27,848 nt of DNA from Nitrospinota bacterium (lineage in GTDB: Bacteria > UBA8248), in NCBI GenBank assembly GCA_036231405.1, contig JAZAHK010000016.1, positions 1-27,848 on the forward strand, in the 5' to 3' direction. Below are positions 26,578-27,848 of the stretch, one piece after another. Below the pieces are notes generated by a model. That model was not told the origin of the DNA. It was given only the letters and a program-made list of their open reading frames with translations, and made no database searches. A program made the position numbers and the translations under genes. Positions within the stretch are counted from its first letter, which is position 1, and every line of letters begins with the position of its first letter.

Positions 26578-26985
26578 ATGCCTTTTTTTAAATCAAGAGA
26601 ATTAAAAATGGAAGATATTGGCACCGGAAATTCCGGAGAATATCAACCTATTCTCGGTGAACTTATGAAAGTTGGTGTAGTCACATATTACAAGGGTACT
26701 GGATCGAAACCCCACTGGCACAATAATGACGAACAGATTTTATATGTGCTTGAAGGGAGAAGATTGTTTCGTGTAGGAGAAGAGGAAAAAATAATTGAAA
26801 AAGGCGATATTGTGTATATACCAAGATCAACGCTGCACGGGGGAAGAACACTTACAGACAGAGCGGTCATGTGGGTTACAAAAAGTCCAGCTGACGATCC
26901 AAGCCTAGGTGCAGACCATCATTACCCAGAAAATTTACAAGAGATCATGGAAGATCTTGACAATAAAGCCTTGGAATTAACATAA
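26578..26985 (+). CDS. Cupin domain protein
   Basis: Cupin metal motifs PHWHNNDEQILYVLEG and GDIVYIPRSTLHGG. Confidence 0.9.
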   Translation: MPFFKSRELKMEDIGTGNSGEYQPILGELMKVGVVTYYKGTGSKPHWHNNDEQILYVLEGRRLFRVGEEEKIIEKGDIVYIPRSTLHGGRTLTDRAVMWVTKSPADDPSLGADHHYPENLQEIMEDLDNKALELT

Positions 26986-27017
26986 TTTTTATAAATTTAA
27001 ATGTTTAGGAGACTTAC

Positions 27018-27848
27018 ATGCATAAAAAATTCTACTCATTTCTAACAACACTTTTCTTTATTATTTGTCTTGTTCCTTTTCATGCGAACGCGGATCTTGG
27101 AGGCATGCTCAAGCAATTAGAAAAAATGGGCAAAAAACTAGATGGTCTTGGAGAGAAAAAAACACCTTCTCCTGACCAATCAGCACCGAGCTTTCAAAGC
27201 TCACTCACAAATAGATCCTTTCAATTTCAATGGTACCTTAAACAAGCAGGGAAACGTGATTACAAAGTTCTGTCGCAACAAGTATATTTTGGCAAAAAAG
27301 GAAAAATGTGGGGATTGCTATCTTCCAAAGAAAAAGGCATGCGAAACCCCTATAGCTACGCTGTGAGTGGAAAGTGGTCATTAAATGGCACCAAGACTTG
27401 CATAGAACATAAAGCCGTATATGCAGTAACATCCCCTTCATATAAACTGATAACAAAACCGGCACGAAGCTATTGTTATCAATTTCCTAAAGACGGTCTA
27501 GCCGGTTTGGGTTTAGGTAAAAAATGGGGGGATTATCGTTTAGCAACACGACAAATACCTGCTTTTATCACCGAAAATAAAAATCCTGGAAAATACAAAA
27601 AATATAACTTAGCAGTAGTGGTTAATGTAGCGCAAAAAACTGGCATGATATTTTTGAAACATTATAAGATCGCAAGTCAAAAAGTGAAGTATCGATTAGC
27701 CAGAAATAAGAAAAGAAAAAAACGTGCTATAAGAGAGCAGAAAGAAAAAGAACATACAGCGATCAAACAGGCGCAGCAAAAAGCAGAACAAAAAGCCAGG
27801 GTCAAAAGAGAAATGTCCACACTTTCTTCTTTCAAAAATGCAAGAGGA
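27018..27848 (+). CDS. Secreted hypothetical protein, 3'-truncated by the window and absent from the ORF track
   Basis: AGGAGA RBS, ATG at 27018, 277 codons open to the window end. MHKKFYSFLTTLFFIICLVPFHANA-DLGG is a Sec-pathway signal peptide with an A-N-A cleavage site. Confidence 0.85.
   Translation, partial: MHKKFYSFLTTLFFIICLVPFHANADLGGMLKQLEKMGKKLDGLGEKKTPSPDQSAPSFQSSLTNRSFQFQWYLKQAGKRDYKVLSQQVYFGKKGKMWGLLSSKEKGMRNPYSYAVSGKWSLNGTKTCIEHKAVYAVTSPSYKLITKPARSYCYQFPKDGLAGLGLGKKWGDYRLATRQIPAFITENKNPGKYKKYNLAVVVNVAQKTGMIFLKHYKIASQKVKYRLARNKKRKKRAIREQKEKEHTAIKQAQQKAEQKARVKREMSTLSSFKNARG

Noticed and set aside
545-27465. Many short antisense or alternate-frame ORFs (e.g. 545-754, 10383-10682, 14214-14684, 20270-20719, 27142-27366, 27238-27465)
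   Set aside because: They overlap well-supported genes and lack motifs or RBS; they are shadow ORFs. The similar ORFs at 7939-8145 and 18298-18516 only mirror the CocE duplication.

Overview
A gene-dense, AT-rich bacterial chromosomal window with no rRNA, tRNA, CRISPR or transposase that I can support. Housekeeping genes sit at the edges: the 3' end of an EF-G paralog, a MerR regulator, a TPR membrane protein, bioB and pyk. Between them lies a block of catabolic genes: an FAD/Fe-S 2-hydroxyacid-type oxidoreductase, a divergent M24 hydrolase, two inverted CocE/NonD hydrolase paralogs, a GC-richer LLM monooxygenase, and a SsuABC/TauABC-like ABC operon with M20, Rid and Zn-dehydrogenase genes, followed by an acyl-CoA dehydrogenase and others. 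The strongest hidden signal is that the two short minus-strand ORFs at 25936-26478 form one 180-aa OsmC-like gene with an in-frame UGA at the catalytic Cys position and a SECIS-like hairpin 12 nt downstream, i.e. a probable selenoprotein split by the ORF caller. Also notable: several enzymes in the catabolic block have non-canonical catalytic residues; the CocE paralogs share near-identical DNA tracts; a 679-aa lipoprotein appears to have a split beta-sandwich with a long coiled-coil insert; a palindrome core recurs upstream of two operons; and an uncalled secreted ORF runs off the right end. All family calls are by motif recognition, not database search.
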